From Candidatus Limnocylindria bacterium (GTDB lineage Bacteria; Chloroflexota; Limnocylindria; P2-11E): 64,000 nucleotides of DNA. The notes beneath the pieces were generated by a model that saw only the letters and a program-made list of their open reading frames with translations, was not told the DNA's origin and did no database searches. This document shows, one piece after another, positions 20,572 to 29,838 of this stretch. The stretch covers positions 21,439 through 85,438 of the forward strand of contig DASYUC010000003.1 of assembly GCA_036001645.1 (NCBI GenBank), read 5' to 3'. Within the stretch, counting starts at the first letter, position 1. The number at the start of each line of letters is the position of its first letter. Position numbers and translations under genes: made by a program.

Positions 20572-20964
20572 CTATGCGACGGTCGCGAAGCCAGCGGCCT
20601 GGAAGTCGTCGTCGAAGGCGAATGCGCGCGCGATGCCCCGCTCGCGCATCACTTGAAAGCTGACAAAGTCCACCAGGGAGACGTCAGTAGGCAGGGCCGC
20701 GAGCAGCGCGGCGAGACCCGACGCGTGCGTCGCCTCGTCGACCCAGACCGTGCTCAGCACCGGGACGAAGTCTTGCGAAAAACGGCGCACGGCCTCGGTG
20801 CCGAGGCTCCGCTGAGTCAGCGCGATCATCTCCACCAGGACGTAGCTGTGCGTCACGATCTCCTCGCCCCTTAGACCAGCGAAGGTCGTTCGTGCAGTGC
20901 TGTGGAAGCGGTCGTCCCGGTCGAGCAATGCGTACAGCGCCGACGTGTCAGCGAAGACCGTCAC
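20572..20964 (-). CDS. vapC: type II toxin VapC (PIN-domain ribonuclease)
   Basis: MTVFADTSALYALLDRDD...; conserved acidic PIN residues. Confidence 0.85.
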   Translation of the reverse strand: MTVFADTSALYALLDRDDRFHSTARTTFAGLRGEEIVTHSYVLVEMIALTQRSLGTEAVRRFSQDFVPVLSTVWVDEATHASGLAALLAALPTDVSLVDFVSFQVMRERGIARAFAFDDDFQAAGFATVA

Positions 20965-21209
20965 GGGCGGAAGGCATCCGCCAGCTCCCGGTCATGGTCG
21001 CGGCTGAGATCCTTCTGTCCCGAAGCGAACGTGCCAACGATCCGCATGGCACGGCTCATCCGATCCTCAGCGCGGACGTGGCCGCGGGCGCGAAGCCAGA
21101 GATCGACTGCTTCGCGAACGATCGCCGAATCGGAGATCTTGCGCCGCGTCGCCTCCCGCCGTACCGCGGCGGCCTGCTGTTTTGTCAGCTGGAACTGCCT
21201 GCGCTCCAT
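20961..21209 (-). CDS. vapB: VapB-type antitoxin (ribbon-helix-helix/CopG-like)
   Basis: MERRQFQLTKQQAAAVRREATRRKISDSAIVREAVDLWL; stop overlaps vapC start by 4 nt (ATGA). Confidence 0.7.
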   Translation of the reverse strand: MERRQFQLTKQQAAAVRREATRRKISDSAIVREAVDLWLRARGHVRAEDRMSRAMRIVGTFASGQKDLSRDHDRELADAFRP

Positions 21210-21284
21210 GCCATCATGATGGCACAGGCGCCAGGAGGCCGTCAACATTCATCCGGATGGGCCCAAGTGCCGGAACGACCAGTC

Positions 21285-22298
21285 TCAGGCATCGCGGGTC
21301 CGCACGCGCCACAGCGTCAGGAGCGCGAACAGCGCAGCGAGTCCGGTGAAGATCCCGGCCTCGATCGCCTGGAACGTCCAAAAACGCTCCACGGGCTGAT
21401 AGCCGATTCGGCGGAACACGCCGCGATCCGCGAGGTACGTCGAGTCGTTGCTGCTCGCGGACGGCGCGAATCGTGATGGGCTGCGGAAGTACTCGCTCAG
21501 CAGACTGCTGACGCGCTCGCGCGTCACCGGTTGGCCGTCCCGATCGACGGCGGGGACATCAACGAACAACGCATCGCGCGGGATCACACTGATCATCTCG
21601 AGCGGCATGATGATCGGCGTCTCGTACCACGGGCGCAGGTTGTGGACGGCGACACGCGCGACGCCGAAGACCAGCAGACCGACGAACATCGCCGCGAGGA
21701 TGCGTCGAGACCACGCGCCCACGAAGGCGGCCGCTGCGATCCCGAAGACCATGTACGAGGCGATGGCGGGGCCCTCGAGATCGAACGTCTCGAACGGCTT
21801 CACGTCCGTTCCCGACCGGCCGACGCCCATCAGCACGCGCGACGGTCCGATGGCGACGGCGAGGATCGCTGCCGCAATGAGCGCGGCAGCGATGATCACC
21901 GCGAGCTTGACCCCCGCCCAGCGCAAACGACCGATGCTCTGCGTCCAGGCAAGTCGGTGTGTTGCCCTTTCGAACTCGAGCGCGAAGAGCGGGCCACCAA
22001 CGTAGGATGCCGCGAGCGCGGGAATCAAGTAGATCGTGAAGAAGAGATAACGCCAGAGCCCGATCCGCTCCTGCCACTGCGAGATGAGATCCGAGCAGGT
22101 GCTGCTGTTGATGATCTGCTGCGGCCCACTGGGTGTCACGATGGTCCTCGTCTCAGGTACACAGCTGTCGACGCCGAGCTCCGCCCGGCTGCGCAGGGCG
22201 TACTCGGCGACGATCCAGATCCCAGCCGTCACGAGGATCGCGACCGCGATCAGACCAACGATCTGCACGCGGTGTTGGCGCCATGTGAGCCACGTCAT
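21285..22298 (-). CDS. ABC-2 type transporter permease
   Basis: Six predicted TM helices, 4-nt overlap with upstream ATPase gene. Confidence 0.7.
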   Translation of the reverse strand: MTWLTWRQHRVQIVGLIAVAILVTAGIWIVAEYALRSRAELGVDSCVPETRTIVTPSGPQQIINSSTCSDLISQWQERIGLWRYLFFTIYLIPALAASYVGGPLFALEFERATHRLAWTQSIGRLRWAGVKLAVIIAAALIAAAILAVAIGPSRVLMGVGRSGTDVKPFETFDLEGPAIASYMVFGIAAAAFVGAWSRRILAAMFVGLLVFGVARVAVHNLRPWYETPIIMPLEMISVIPRDALFVDVPAVDRDGQPVTRERVSSLLSEYFRSPSRFAPSASSNDSTYLADRGVFRRIGYQPVERFWTFQAIEAGIFTGLAALFALLTLWRVRTRDA

Positions 22299-23164
22299 GC
22301 GGCCACCTCCATCGCCGGTCGCATGTAGCCGAGGACGATCTCCTCGAGCGTCGCGGGACGGACGATCGTGCCGTCATCGACGCGTGCTGGACCGGGCCCG
22401 CGCAGCAGCCGGATCGTCTGCCGCTCGGCGTGCCGCGCTTCGATGAGGTCGCCGTCCAGCGCGGAGACGCCCTGGGTGCGCGGACCGATCGCGACGACGT
22501 GCGACTCGATGAGCTCCTCGGTGTCGCCGACGAGACGCGGGCGGCCATTCACGAGGATGACGAGGTGCTCGCAGACACGCTCGACGTCCGCGAGTGCGTT
22601 CGCCGAGAACACGACCGTCAGGCCGTCTTCTGCGACGACGCTCATCAGCTCCTCCAGCAGCGCGAGACGCGCGATGGGATCCAGATTGGCCACGGGCTCG
22701 TCCAGGAGCACCAGGTCTGGACGCTTGCCGAGCGCCACGCTCGTCGCGACATGCGCACGTTGTCCGGTGGACAGCGTGCGGATCTTGCGCGACAGCGGGA
22801 GTCCGAACCGCCGCACGCGCGCAAGCGCATAGGCCGGATCCCAGCGTTCGTTCAACCGCCGGCCGAGCTCGAGCGTGTCCGCCACCGTGAGGTCGCGGTA
22901 GAGCGGGCGGTCCTGCGCGACGAAGCCGACGCGCGGAAGGATCTTGCTCGTCTCGCGGACGGAGTCGTGTCCGAAGACCCTGACGGAACCTGCGGTCGGC
23001 CGAAGCAGACCCACGGCAAGGTGGATCAACGTCGTCTTCCCCGCTCCGTTCGGACCGACGAGTCCGGTGACCTTTCCTTCGGGCAGGGCGAGATCGCAGT
23101 CCGACAGCGCGATGACGGATCCGTAGCGCTTGGTGAGCGCGCTCGTCTCAACGACGGCGTCCAT
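22295..23164 (-). CDS. ABC transporter ATP-binding protein
   Basis: Walker A GPNGAGKTT, signature LSTGQRA, Walker B LVLLDEP. Confidence 0.9.
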   Translation of the reverse strand: MDAVVETSALTKRYGSVIALSDCDLALPEGKVTGLVGPNGAGKTTLIHLAVGLLRPTAGSVRVFGHDSVRETSKILPRVGFVAQDRPLYRDLTVADTLELGRRLNERWDPAYALARVRRFGLPLSRKIRTLSTGQRAHVATSVALGKRPDLVLLDEPVANLDPIARLALLEELMSVVAEDGLTVVFSANALADVERVCEHLVILVNGRPRLVGDTEELIESHVVAIGPRTQGVSALDGDLIEARHAERQTIRLLRGPGPARVDDGTIVRPATLEEIVLGYMRPAMEVAA

Positions 23165-23516
23165 GGGTGCTCTCCTCTCGTGAGAACGCGTCCTGGAATG
23201 CGACGGTGAAGAGCGCCGCCACGCTGTCGCGATCGAGCCCCGCGTCCTTCGCGCCGTGAAGCCACCGGTCCAGCGCGCGCCGCAGCGGTGTATGCACGGC
23301 TCGCTCGAGGGGCTCTGGCGCGTCCGCGGCGATGAACGTCCCCGCCCCCGGACGGCCGTGGACGAAGCCCTGGCGCTCGAGCTCGCGATAGGCCTTGAGC
23401 ACGGTATTGGGGTTTATCGCGAGGTCCTCGACGACCTCGCGCGCGGTCGGCAGCTGGTCGCCGGGCCGCAGGATCCCGTATTCGACGGCGTGCCTGACCT
23501 GCTGCGCGAGCTGCAT
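23148..23516 (-). CDS. GntR-family (YtrA-subfamily-like) transcriptional regulator
   Basis: Winged-helix GntR N-domain (GDQLPTAREVVEDLAINPNTVLKAYRELERQGFV) with short C-domain; heads a GntR-ATPase-permease operon; start set to the ATG of MQLAQQ (the listed TTG start is less likely). Confidence 0.75.
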   Translation of the reverse strand: MQLAQQVRHAVEYGILRPGDQLPTAREVVEDLAINPNTVLKAYRELERQGFVHGRPGAGTFIAADAPEPLERAVHTPLRRALDRWLHGAKDAGLDRDSVAALFTVAFQDAFSREESTHGRRR

Positions 23517-23570
23517 GTAGGTCGGGACGCCGCTGTGCGGATCGAGCCGGAACCGGAGCGTCGCTGCCAA

Positions 23571-23590
23571 TTCACTATGACACTAGTGAA
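23571..23590. promoter_or_regulatory. 7-6-7 inverted repeat TTCACTA-TGACAC-TAGTGAA upstream of the GntR/ABC operon (candidate operator)
   Basis: Perfect palindromic arms in a lower-GC promoter region about 55 nt upstream of the regulator start. Confidence 0.4.
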
Positions 23591-23633
23591 ATGGTGGAAC
23601 TCCGTCAAGCGACACTTCCGTTACGGCGCGGGG

Positions 23634-24500
23634 TCAGCGCTCGTAACGCTCGATGAACGACCCGCACTTCGCAACGAGATCCGACGGGTCGTCGTCCCGC
23701 CAGGTATCGCCGAAGACGAGGTAATGGAGCATCCGCCCCACGACGGATACGCGCAGCCCGGCGGGTCCGACGACGGACAGGCACTCGCGCTCCACGTCTT
23801 CCGGATCGGCCTTCGGATCGGCCCAGCCGTCTTCGATCGTTGTCTCGAGCAAGAGACACGCGAGGTCGTAACCGCGCGTTCCCTTGCCGACGTGAGCCGT
23901 GTCGATGATCCGCAGCGAGCCGCCGGTGACGAGCATGTTGCGGAGAACAAAGTCGCCGTGAACGAGGTCGGTGGTCGGCAATCGCAACGAACGAGCGTCC
24001 GCGGTCAGGCGCTCGAGACGGCTCAGGAGCGCGGCTGTCACCGGTCGCGCACGCATGCGCCGAGCGAGATCGGCGGCGCCGTCGAACACGACGCTGTGTA
24101 TGTAGGCGGACCAGTCCTGCCCCGCGTCGGAACGCACGTCCGCCTGCAGCCGGTTGGCGCGGATCAATTGCGCCAAGCCGTCACCACCGAGCCGAGTGGG
24201 GACGGCGCCGTCGACGAACTCCTCAACGATGTAGGCCGCGCCGCCCGGCAACGTTCCGTACGCGAGCCAACGTGAGGTCGGCCAGCCGCGAGCGCGCAGT
24301 GCCTCAACGGCGTGCGCGGCCGCGACAAGCTGCGCGGCCGCTAGATCGCGCGGATGCCACTTGAGCACTCCGCGCTCTCCATGTGGACCGCGCAGCTCGT
24401 GCGCACCTTGCAGATAGCCACCCGGAAGACGGCCGACGAGCACCCAACCGCTGGCATCGCGCTCGTTGATCATGCGGATGACGTCCGCGGTATCGGTCAT
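23634..24500 (-). CDS. phosphotransferase-family (APH/choline-kinase-like) kinase
   Basis: Catalytic loop VHGDFVLRNMLV and IDTAHVGKGTRGYDLA; start trimmed to MTDTADVI. Confidence 0.7.
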   Translation of the reverse strand: MTDTADVIRMINERDASGWVLVGRLPGGYLQGAHELRGPHGERGVLKWHPRDLAAAQLVAAAHAVEALRARGWPTSRWLAYGTLPGGAAYIVEEFVDGAVPTRLGGDGLAQLIRANRLQADVRSDAGQDWSAYIHSVVFDGAADLARRMRARPVTAALLSRLERLTADARSLRLPTTDLVHGDFVLRNMLVTGGSLRIIDTAHVGKGTRGYDLACLLLETTIEDGWADPKADPEDVERECLSVVGPAGLRVSVVGRMLHYLVFGDTWRDDDPSDLVAKCGSFIERYER

Positions 24501-24516
24501 GCGTCGAACGCGGGCT

Positions 24517-25038
24517 TCAGCAGCCGGCGCGGATCGCGTCGATGACGTTCGCCGACACCAACGGCCGTCCGGGGCAGTCGAGGAACGAACCGACCGCGCG
24601 CGGCCCGTCCGCCACGAACACGCGAAGCCCTGCATTCGCACCGCGAAAGTCGACCGCGGTCCGGCCGCTCCGATCCACAGTCGTCGACGAGGCTCCGAAC
24701 CGGGTCTGGAACTCGCGCGCCTCCGCGGTGTCGCGCGCGAGGGCCACCAGAGCGCCGTCTGTGACCTCGGTGGTCCGCATGAAATGCTCGAACCGAGCGC
24801 ACGCGAAGTACGGCCGCGTCGTGTGAGCGAGAACGACGATCAGGAGGCCGCCGATGATGAGGGGAGCTCCGAGGATCCGGTTCGTCGCTGCGACGCCGAG
24901 CGCCATGATCGCCGCGCCGCCTGCGACCAGGAGGCCCCAGGGGTCGTAGTAGGTAGCGCCCAAAAGCCCGCTGCGAGAGCGGCTGCGAGGAGCGCGCGGG
25001 GCCACGAACGCATGGTCAGACCTTCGCCAGCGCTCCAT
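24517..25038 (-). CDS. hypothetical protein (one TM segment)
   Basis: ORF with reasonable composition downstream of the CGS-like gene; start uncertain. Confidence 0.3.
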   Translation of the reverse strand: MERWRRSDHAFVAPRAPRSRSRSGLLGATYYDPWGLLVAGGAAIMALGVAATNRILGAPLIIGGLLIVVLAHTTRPYFACARFEHFMRTTEVTDGALVALARDTAEAREFQTRFGASSTTVDRSGRTAVDFRGANAGLRVFVADGPRAVGSFLDCPGRPLVSANVIDAIRAGC

Positions 25039-26209
25039 CGAGGTCGGCGACGATATCGTCGGGGTCTTCGATACCGACGGAGAAACGGAGCGTGCCCTCG
25101 TTGATCCCAAGACGCGCCCGCTCCTCTGGCGCGACGCGCCGGTGGGACGAGATCGCGGGGTAGAGGACCTCGCTGAAGAGATCGCCCAGCGTCGTCGCCG
25201 AGGCCGCGAGCTGAAGGGCGTCGAGGAAGCGGAAGGCCGCGGGCTTCGTCGCGTCTTTGAGGTCGAACGTGACGACGCCGCCGAAGAGGCCGCCGAACTG
25301 CCGCCGCGCGAGATCGTGCTGCGGGTGATCGGGCAGACCGGGATAGCGCACGCGCGCGACCTTGGGATGCCGGCTGAGATGCTGAGCGACGCGGAGCGCG
25401 CTCTCGCACTGACGGCGCACGCGCAGCTCGAGCGTGCGCATGCCGCGGATGCACAGCCACGCCTCGTGCGGCGGAAGGTACGCGCCGTCGAGGATGGTGC
25501 GGTCGCGCATCGCCTTCGCGACCGCGGCGCTGCCGGCGACGCTGCCGGCCATGACGTCGCCGTGGCCGTTCACGTACTTCGTGAGCGAGTGGATCACGAC
25601 GTCGGCGCCGAGCGTCGCGGGCCGCAGCAGGACCGGTGACGCGAACGTCGCATCGACCGCGAGCGTGGCGCCGCTGCTATGTGCGAGCTTCGCGAGCGCG
25701 GCGATGTCCGTGATGCGCAGCAGCGGGTTCGCCATCGCCTCGATGTACAGCAGCGTCGTCGGCGCCTCGCGGAGAGCGGCTTCGACCTTCCGGTGGTCGG
25801 TCGCGTCGACGAAGACGATCTTCGCGCCGCGCTCACGGATCCAGCGCTCGAACAGGGCGCGGACCTGGCCGTAGATGTCCTCCTGCGCGACGATGCGACC
25901 GCCGGTCGCGACCGCGCAGGCATCGGCGAACGCTGCGATCGCCGCCATGCCCGACACGAAACAGGTCGCCGCGGCCGTGCCCTCGAGCTCCGCGAGCGCC
26001 ATCTCGAGCGCCGCCGTCGTCGGCGTGCCGTAGCGGCCGTAGACGTAGCCGGCGCGGTCGTTACCGAAAACGTCGTCCTGCGCGGCGGCGGAGCGATAGT
26101 CGAACGCGACACTTTGGACGAGGGGCGGCGCGACCGGAACGCCTTCGCCGGGTGGTAGCGCGCGCGCAGACCGCACCACGCGCGTGCCGATCCGAGCTTC
26201 CTTCCCCAT
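25016..26209 (-). CDS. Cys/Met-metabolism PLP-dependent enzyme (cystathionine gamma-synthase/beta-lyase family), second copy
   Basis: SLTKYVNGHGDVMAGS lysine motif, full-length fold. Confidence 0.85.
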   Translation of the reverse strand: MGKEARIGTRVVRSARALPPGEGVPVAPPLVQSVAFDYRSAAAQDDVFGNDRAGYVYGRYGTPTTAALEMALAELEGTAAATCFVSGMAAIAAFADACAVATGGRIVAQEDIYGQVRALFERWIRERGAKIVFVDATDHRKVEAALREAPTTLLYIEAMANPLLRITDIAALAKLAHSSGATLAVDATFASPVLLRPATLGADVVIHSLTKYVNGHGDVMAGSVAGSAAVAKAMRDRTILDGAYLPPHEAWLCIRGMRTLELRVRRQCESALRVAQHLSRHPKVARVRYPGLPDHPQHDLARRQFGGLFGGVVTFDLKDATKPAAFRFLDALQLAASATTLGDLFSEVLYPAISSHRRVAPEERARLGINEGTLRFSVGIEDPDDIVADLDGALAKV

Positions 26210-26233
26210 CGTCCGCGAGTCTAGGTGCGTGGG

Positions 26234-26581
26234 CTAGTGGCCGGCCTCTTCTTCGATGGCCTCTTCCACCATCGCCTTCTCGACCGGGCGCGGCTTCTCG
26301 GTCTCCATGGCCTTCGCGCGCTCGATGAGATCGGCGACTTTCTGTCCGCCCTTGCGGCCGATCCGCTCGAAGTGGCCAGGACCGTACTTGGCCGTCACGG
26401 CCTTCCCGCCCTTCTTGCCGATCCGCCCAAAGAACTCGGGGCCGTACTTCGTCGCTGTGCTGGACCCACCCTTTTTCCCGATCTTCTCGTAGAACTCAGG
26501 ACCGTACTTTTCGCTGACGAGGCGCCCACCCATACGGCCCGCTTCGGCCACAGTCATTCCACCACCGGATCTGCGCGCCAT
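26234..26581 (-). CDS. KGG-repeat general stress protein (YciG-like)
   Basis: Three tandem 20-aa repeats KYGPEFYEKIGKKGG; GGAG SD. Confidence 0.75.
   Translation of the reverse strand: MARRSGGGMTVAEAGRMGGRLVSEKYGPEFYEKIGKKGGSSTATKYGPEFFGRIGKKGGKAVTAKYGPGHFERIGRKGGQKVADLIERAKAMETEKPRPVEKAMVEEAIEEEAGH
26345..26509 (-). repeat. 3 x ~60-nt tandem coding repeats (KGG motif)
   Basis: Visible at nucleotide level within 26234..26581. Confidence 0.6.
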
Positions 26582-26679
26582 GGCCTGCTCCTTTCAGTAG
26601 CGGCCAAGATGACGGGCAGGGTGCGTGCCGCACGCCTGTCGGCAGAGCGACATCGAGTAACAAGTGCGCAACGATTGCG

Positions 26680-27864
26680 TCAGGCGGGGGCCATTTCGAG
26701 ATCAATGGGCTCTTCGCGGACGAAACGCAGCACGATCAGCGATGACAACAGCGCCGCGCCCATGCAGAAGACGCCGAGCGCCCAGAACCCGTAGAGGTCG
26801 ATCAGCAGTCCGCCGATCGCCGCACCACCGACGATGCTGAGACTTCCCGTCGCGCCCGAGAGCGCAAGCAGCGTCCCTCGCGCCTCCGGAACCTGCTCGG
26901 TGAGGAGCGTCGAGTTCGTCGCGAAGCGTGCGCCGATCACGGCTGACAACACGAGATTGAGCGCGCTCGTGACCAGCAGCGGTAGGGCGACGTTCGTCTG
27001 TAGCAGAAGGAGCACACCCGATACGAGGATCGCGCTCGCGACGACCGGACGATGTCCGATGCGATCGCCGATGCGGCCGCCGACCTGGCTGCCGATGAAG
27101 ACGCCGAGCCCCATCGTGAGCGCGTACGTCGAAGCTGTGCCCTGCGTGAGCCCGAACGTGTCCTCAAAGAACACGACGAGATACGTGACCCACGTGAACC
27201 AGTAGAGACCGCCGAGCAGGCTGGAGATGATCGCCGCGACGGCCGAACGATTCTTGAGGATCGTGTGGTAGAGCTCGAACACGCGGCTCTCGCTCACATG
27301 GATCTGCGCCGGCCTCAGCTGGAAGAGGAGCAGCGCCGCCGCCGCGATCGCGAGCAGGCCGACGAGCGCGAGCGAGACACGCCAGCTCGTCGCCTCGGCG
27401 ACGATGCCCGCGACGGGGATGCCGACGACGCTCGCCATCGTATTGAAGCCGATGACGGTCGATATCGCGCGCCCGCGCTCGCGGTACGGGAAGTTGTCGC
27501 CGAGGGTCGCATTGACGTTCGGGAAGATCACCGACGCACCGGCACCGGCGATCGCGCGCAGGAAGAGCAGCAGCCCGAAGCTGTTGACGAATGAACCGAG
27601 CAGCGTGAAGACGCCCATGATCATCGCGCCGCCGACCAGGAATCGCTTACGCCCGAAGCGGTCCGAATACGGTCCGCTGAGGATCGCGATCAGGATGCCC
27701 GGCGCGCCATACGCAGCCGCGACGAGGCCGGCGGTGCCCGTGGTGACGCCGAACTCCGCTGCGAGCTGCGTGATGACGGGACTGATGACGATGTTCGCGT
27801 AGACCGACGAGAAGGTGAGGAACCCAAGGATCGCGAGGAGCAGGCGCCGCTCGCGGCGGGTCAA
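26680..27864 (-). CDS. MFS transporter
   Basis: 12-TM MFS pattern (GPYSDRFGRK); start placed at TTG 27864 overlapping the upstream stop (TTGA) because the longer listed ORF runs into the M20 peptidase gene. Confidence 0.75.
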   Translation of the reverse strand: MTRRERRLLLAILGFLTFSSVYANIVISPVITQLAAEFGVTTGTAGLVAAAYGAPGILIAILSGPYSDRFGRKRFLVGGAMIMGVFTLLGSFVNSFGLLLFLRAIAGAGASVIFPNVNATLGDNFPYRERGRAISTVIGFNTMASVVGIPVAGIVAEATSWRVSLALVGLLAIAAAALLLFQLRPAQIHVSESRVFELYHTILKNRSAVAAIISSLLGGLYWFTWVTYLVVFFEDTFGLTQGTASTYALTMGLGVFIGSQVGGRIGDRIGHRPVVASAILVSGVLLLLQTNVALPLLVTSALNLVLSAVIGARFATNSTLLTEQVPEARGTLLALSGATGSLSIVGGAAIGGLLIDLYGFWALGVFCMGAALLSSLIVLRFVREEPIDLEMAPA

Positions 27865-29225
27865 TCCAGGGGTCGGCCGGCGAACGCGTGCAGGAAACGA
27901 CCGAATGCGCGGATGTGATCCACGTAGTCGGCCACTGCGATGTTCTCGTTGGGCGCGTGATTCGCGGACGAGGCGTTGCCCGACCCGAAGCCGACGACCG
28001 GGATCCCGAGCTGATCGCAGACCTGCGCCATCGGGCCACTGCCGACCATGAGCGGATACACGACCGGGTCGGTGCCATACGCGGCGCGGCACGCGGCGAC
28101 CGCGGCGCGCGCGGGCGCCGAATCGGCGGGCCAGCGTGACGGCCGCTCACCGTGCATCGCGATGATCTCGATGTCACCAAGACCGCGACGCTCGAGATGC
28201 GCCCGCAACAGCCGCTCGACCAGCTCCGGCGTGAGATCGGGCACGAGGCGGAAGTCGAGCTTCGCGCTCGCGACGGCGGGGAGCACCGTCTTCGAGCCCG
28301 GGCCGGAGTAGCCAGAGGTGAGGCCGCAGATCGTGCACGTCGGCTCGAAGAAGTGCTTGAGCTTGAGCGGCGTTCCGGTGAGCCCGCGGATGAAGCGCGG
28401 CACATCGTGGATGCGCTTCGTACCCTCTTCGTCGTACGGCAGCTGCTCGAGCATGCGTAGCTCATCGGGCGTCGGCTTGCGCACGGCGTCCATGAGACCG
28501 TCGATGACGATCTCGTCCTTGTCGTTCTTCAGCGTGGCAAGCGCCCAGACGAGACGCCACGCGGCGTTCGGGATGATCGTCGCCACCGACGAGTGCGCGT
28601 CCTGCTTCGCGCCACGCACGCGCAGCTCGAAATACGCGATGCCTTTCAGGCCGAGCGAGACCGTCGGCCGGCCCGCGGCATCCTTGTAGCCCGCCTCCCA
28701 GATGCAGCCGTCGGCGCGCAGACGGTCCGCGTTCTTTTGCACGAACTCCGCGAGATGCTCCGAGCCGATCTCCTCCTCGCCCTCATAGAGGACGCGCACG
28801 CGGAGCGGCAGCTCGCCGAGCGTCGCGCGGTACGCCTCGATCGCCTGAAGGCGCGCCATGAGATTGCCCTTGTTGTCGGACACGCCGCGGGCGAACAGAT
28901 GGCCATCGCGCTCGGTCGGCTCGAACGGGGGCGTCTTCCACTCATCCAGCGGATCGGGCGGCTGCACGTCGTAGTGGTCGTACACGAGGAGCGTCTTCTC
29001 GCCGCGACCGATCTCGCCCACGATCGTCGGAGGTCCACCGTCGACGCGCAGGCTCTCGGCCGCGACGCCGGCGCGTCGCGTACGCTCGAGCACCGCGCGA
29101 GCGGTCTCGTCGATCGCGCTCTTCTGCGCGGAGACGGTGGGCAGGCGCACCAGCTGCTTCAGCTCTTCGATGTACTCGCGCTCGCGCGCGCGCACGTACG
29201 CATCAAATGCGTCGAATGAGGTCAC
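27861..29225 (-). CDS. M20-family metallopeptidase (dipeptidase, ArgE/DapE/CPG2-like)
   Basis: Metal-binding motifs HYDVQP and GVSDNKG, dimerisation domain. Confidence 0.85.
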   Translation of the reverse strand: MTSFDAFDAYVRAREREYIEELKQLVRLPTVSAQKSAIDETARAVLERTRRAGVAAESLRVDGGPPTIVGEIGRGEKTLLVYDHYDVQPPDPLDEWKTPPFEPTERDGHLFARGVSDNKGNLMARLQAIEAYRATLGELPLRVRVLYEGEEEIGSEHLAEFVQKNADRLRADGCIWEAGYKDAAGRPTVSLGLKGIAYFELRVRGAKQDAHSSVATIIPNAAWRLVWALATLKNDKDEIVIDGLMDAVRKPTPDELRMLEQLPYDEEGTKRIHDVPRFIRGLTGTPLKLKHFFEPTCTICGLTSGYSGPGSKTVLPAVASAKLDFRLVPDLTPELVERLLRAHLERRGLGDIEIIAMHGERPSRWPADSAPARAAVAACRAAYGTDPVVYPLMVGSGPMAQVCDQLGIPVVGFGSGNASSANHAPNENIAVADYVDHIRAFGRFLHAFAGRPLD

Positions 29226-29234
29226 GCCGGTAGG

Positions 29235-29540
29235 CTAGCCCGACGTGACGGGAGACGCAGTGCGCGTCTTGCTGCGGCCGAGATCGCAGCGCGGCGAGTA
29301 AGGGGTGATCTCGATCCAGCGCTTCTCGCAGAGGTAATGGATGAGACCGTCGGCGTCCTCGACCGTCTCGCGCCGGTACACCTTCGCGCGCGGCACCATG
29401 AAGACGCAGTCGCCGCAATTCAGCGGCAGCGCCGGACGCGGCCGGCTCGCCTGGCGCGCCACGACCAGCGCAAGACCCAGCGCGGCGACTGAGAGGGCGA
29501 TGATCACCGCGAAGATGGCGAAGATGGCCAGCGGACCCAT
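29235..29540 (-). CDS. small membrane-anchored protein with four Cys (possible zinc-ribbon)
   Basis: N-terminal TM helix, then NCGDC...YLCEK...SPRCD. Confidence 0.35.
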   Translation of the reverse strand: MGPLAIFAIFAVIIALSVAALGLALVVARQASRPRPALPLNCGDCVFMVPRAKVYRRETVEDADGLIHYLCEKRWIEITPYSPRCDLGRSKTRTASPVTSG

Positions 29541-29589
29541 ATCCGTTCGGGCCTCCTCCCCGTATCAACGGTATCAGGAGGTGAGCGCC

Positions 29590-29772
29590 ATGCGATCAGC
29601 ACTCATTGCCCTCGCCGCAGCGCTGCTGCTGGCGACCACCGCGTGTGGCGCTGCCGGCTCGGGCGGAAGCGGCGCTCCCAAGGCGCCTCCGGCGAACGCC
29701 ACCAACGCGCCTTCGTATGTGCCCACGCCGACCGGCGGCCAGCCCGCGGACCCCTACGACTACGGGTATTAG
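29590..29772 (+). CDS. small secreted lipoprotein (60 aa)
   Basis: AGGAGG SD 8 nt upstream of ATG; signal peptide plus lipobox LATTAC. Confidence 0.5.
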   Translation: MRSALIALAAALLLATTACGAAGSGGSGAPKAPPANATNAPSYVPTPTGGQPADPYDYGY

Positions 29773-29838
29773 TCTCGCGGCATCGACTTCGGCATCCATG
29801 TCGGCCACCTCGGCGGACCGCTCGACGAGCTGCGACGG

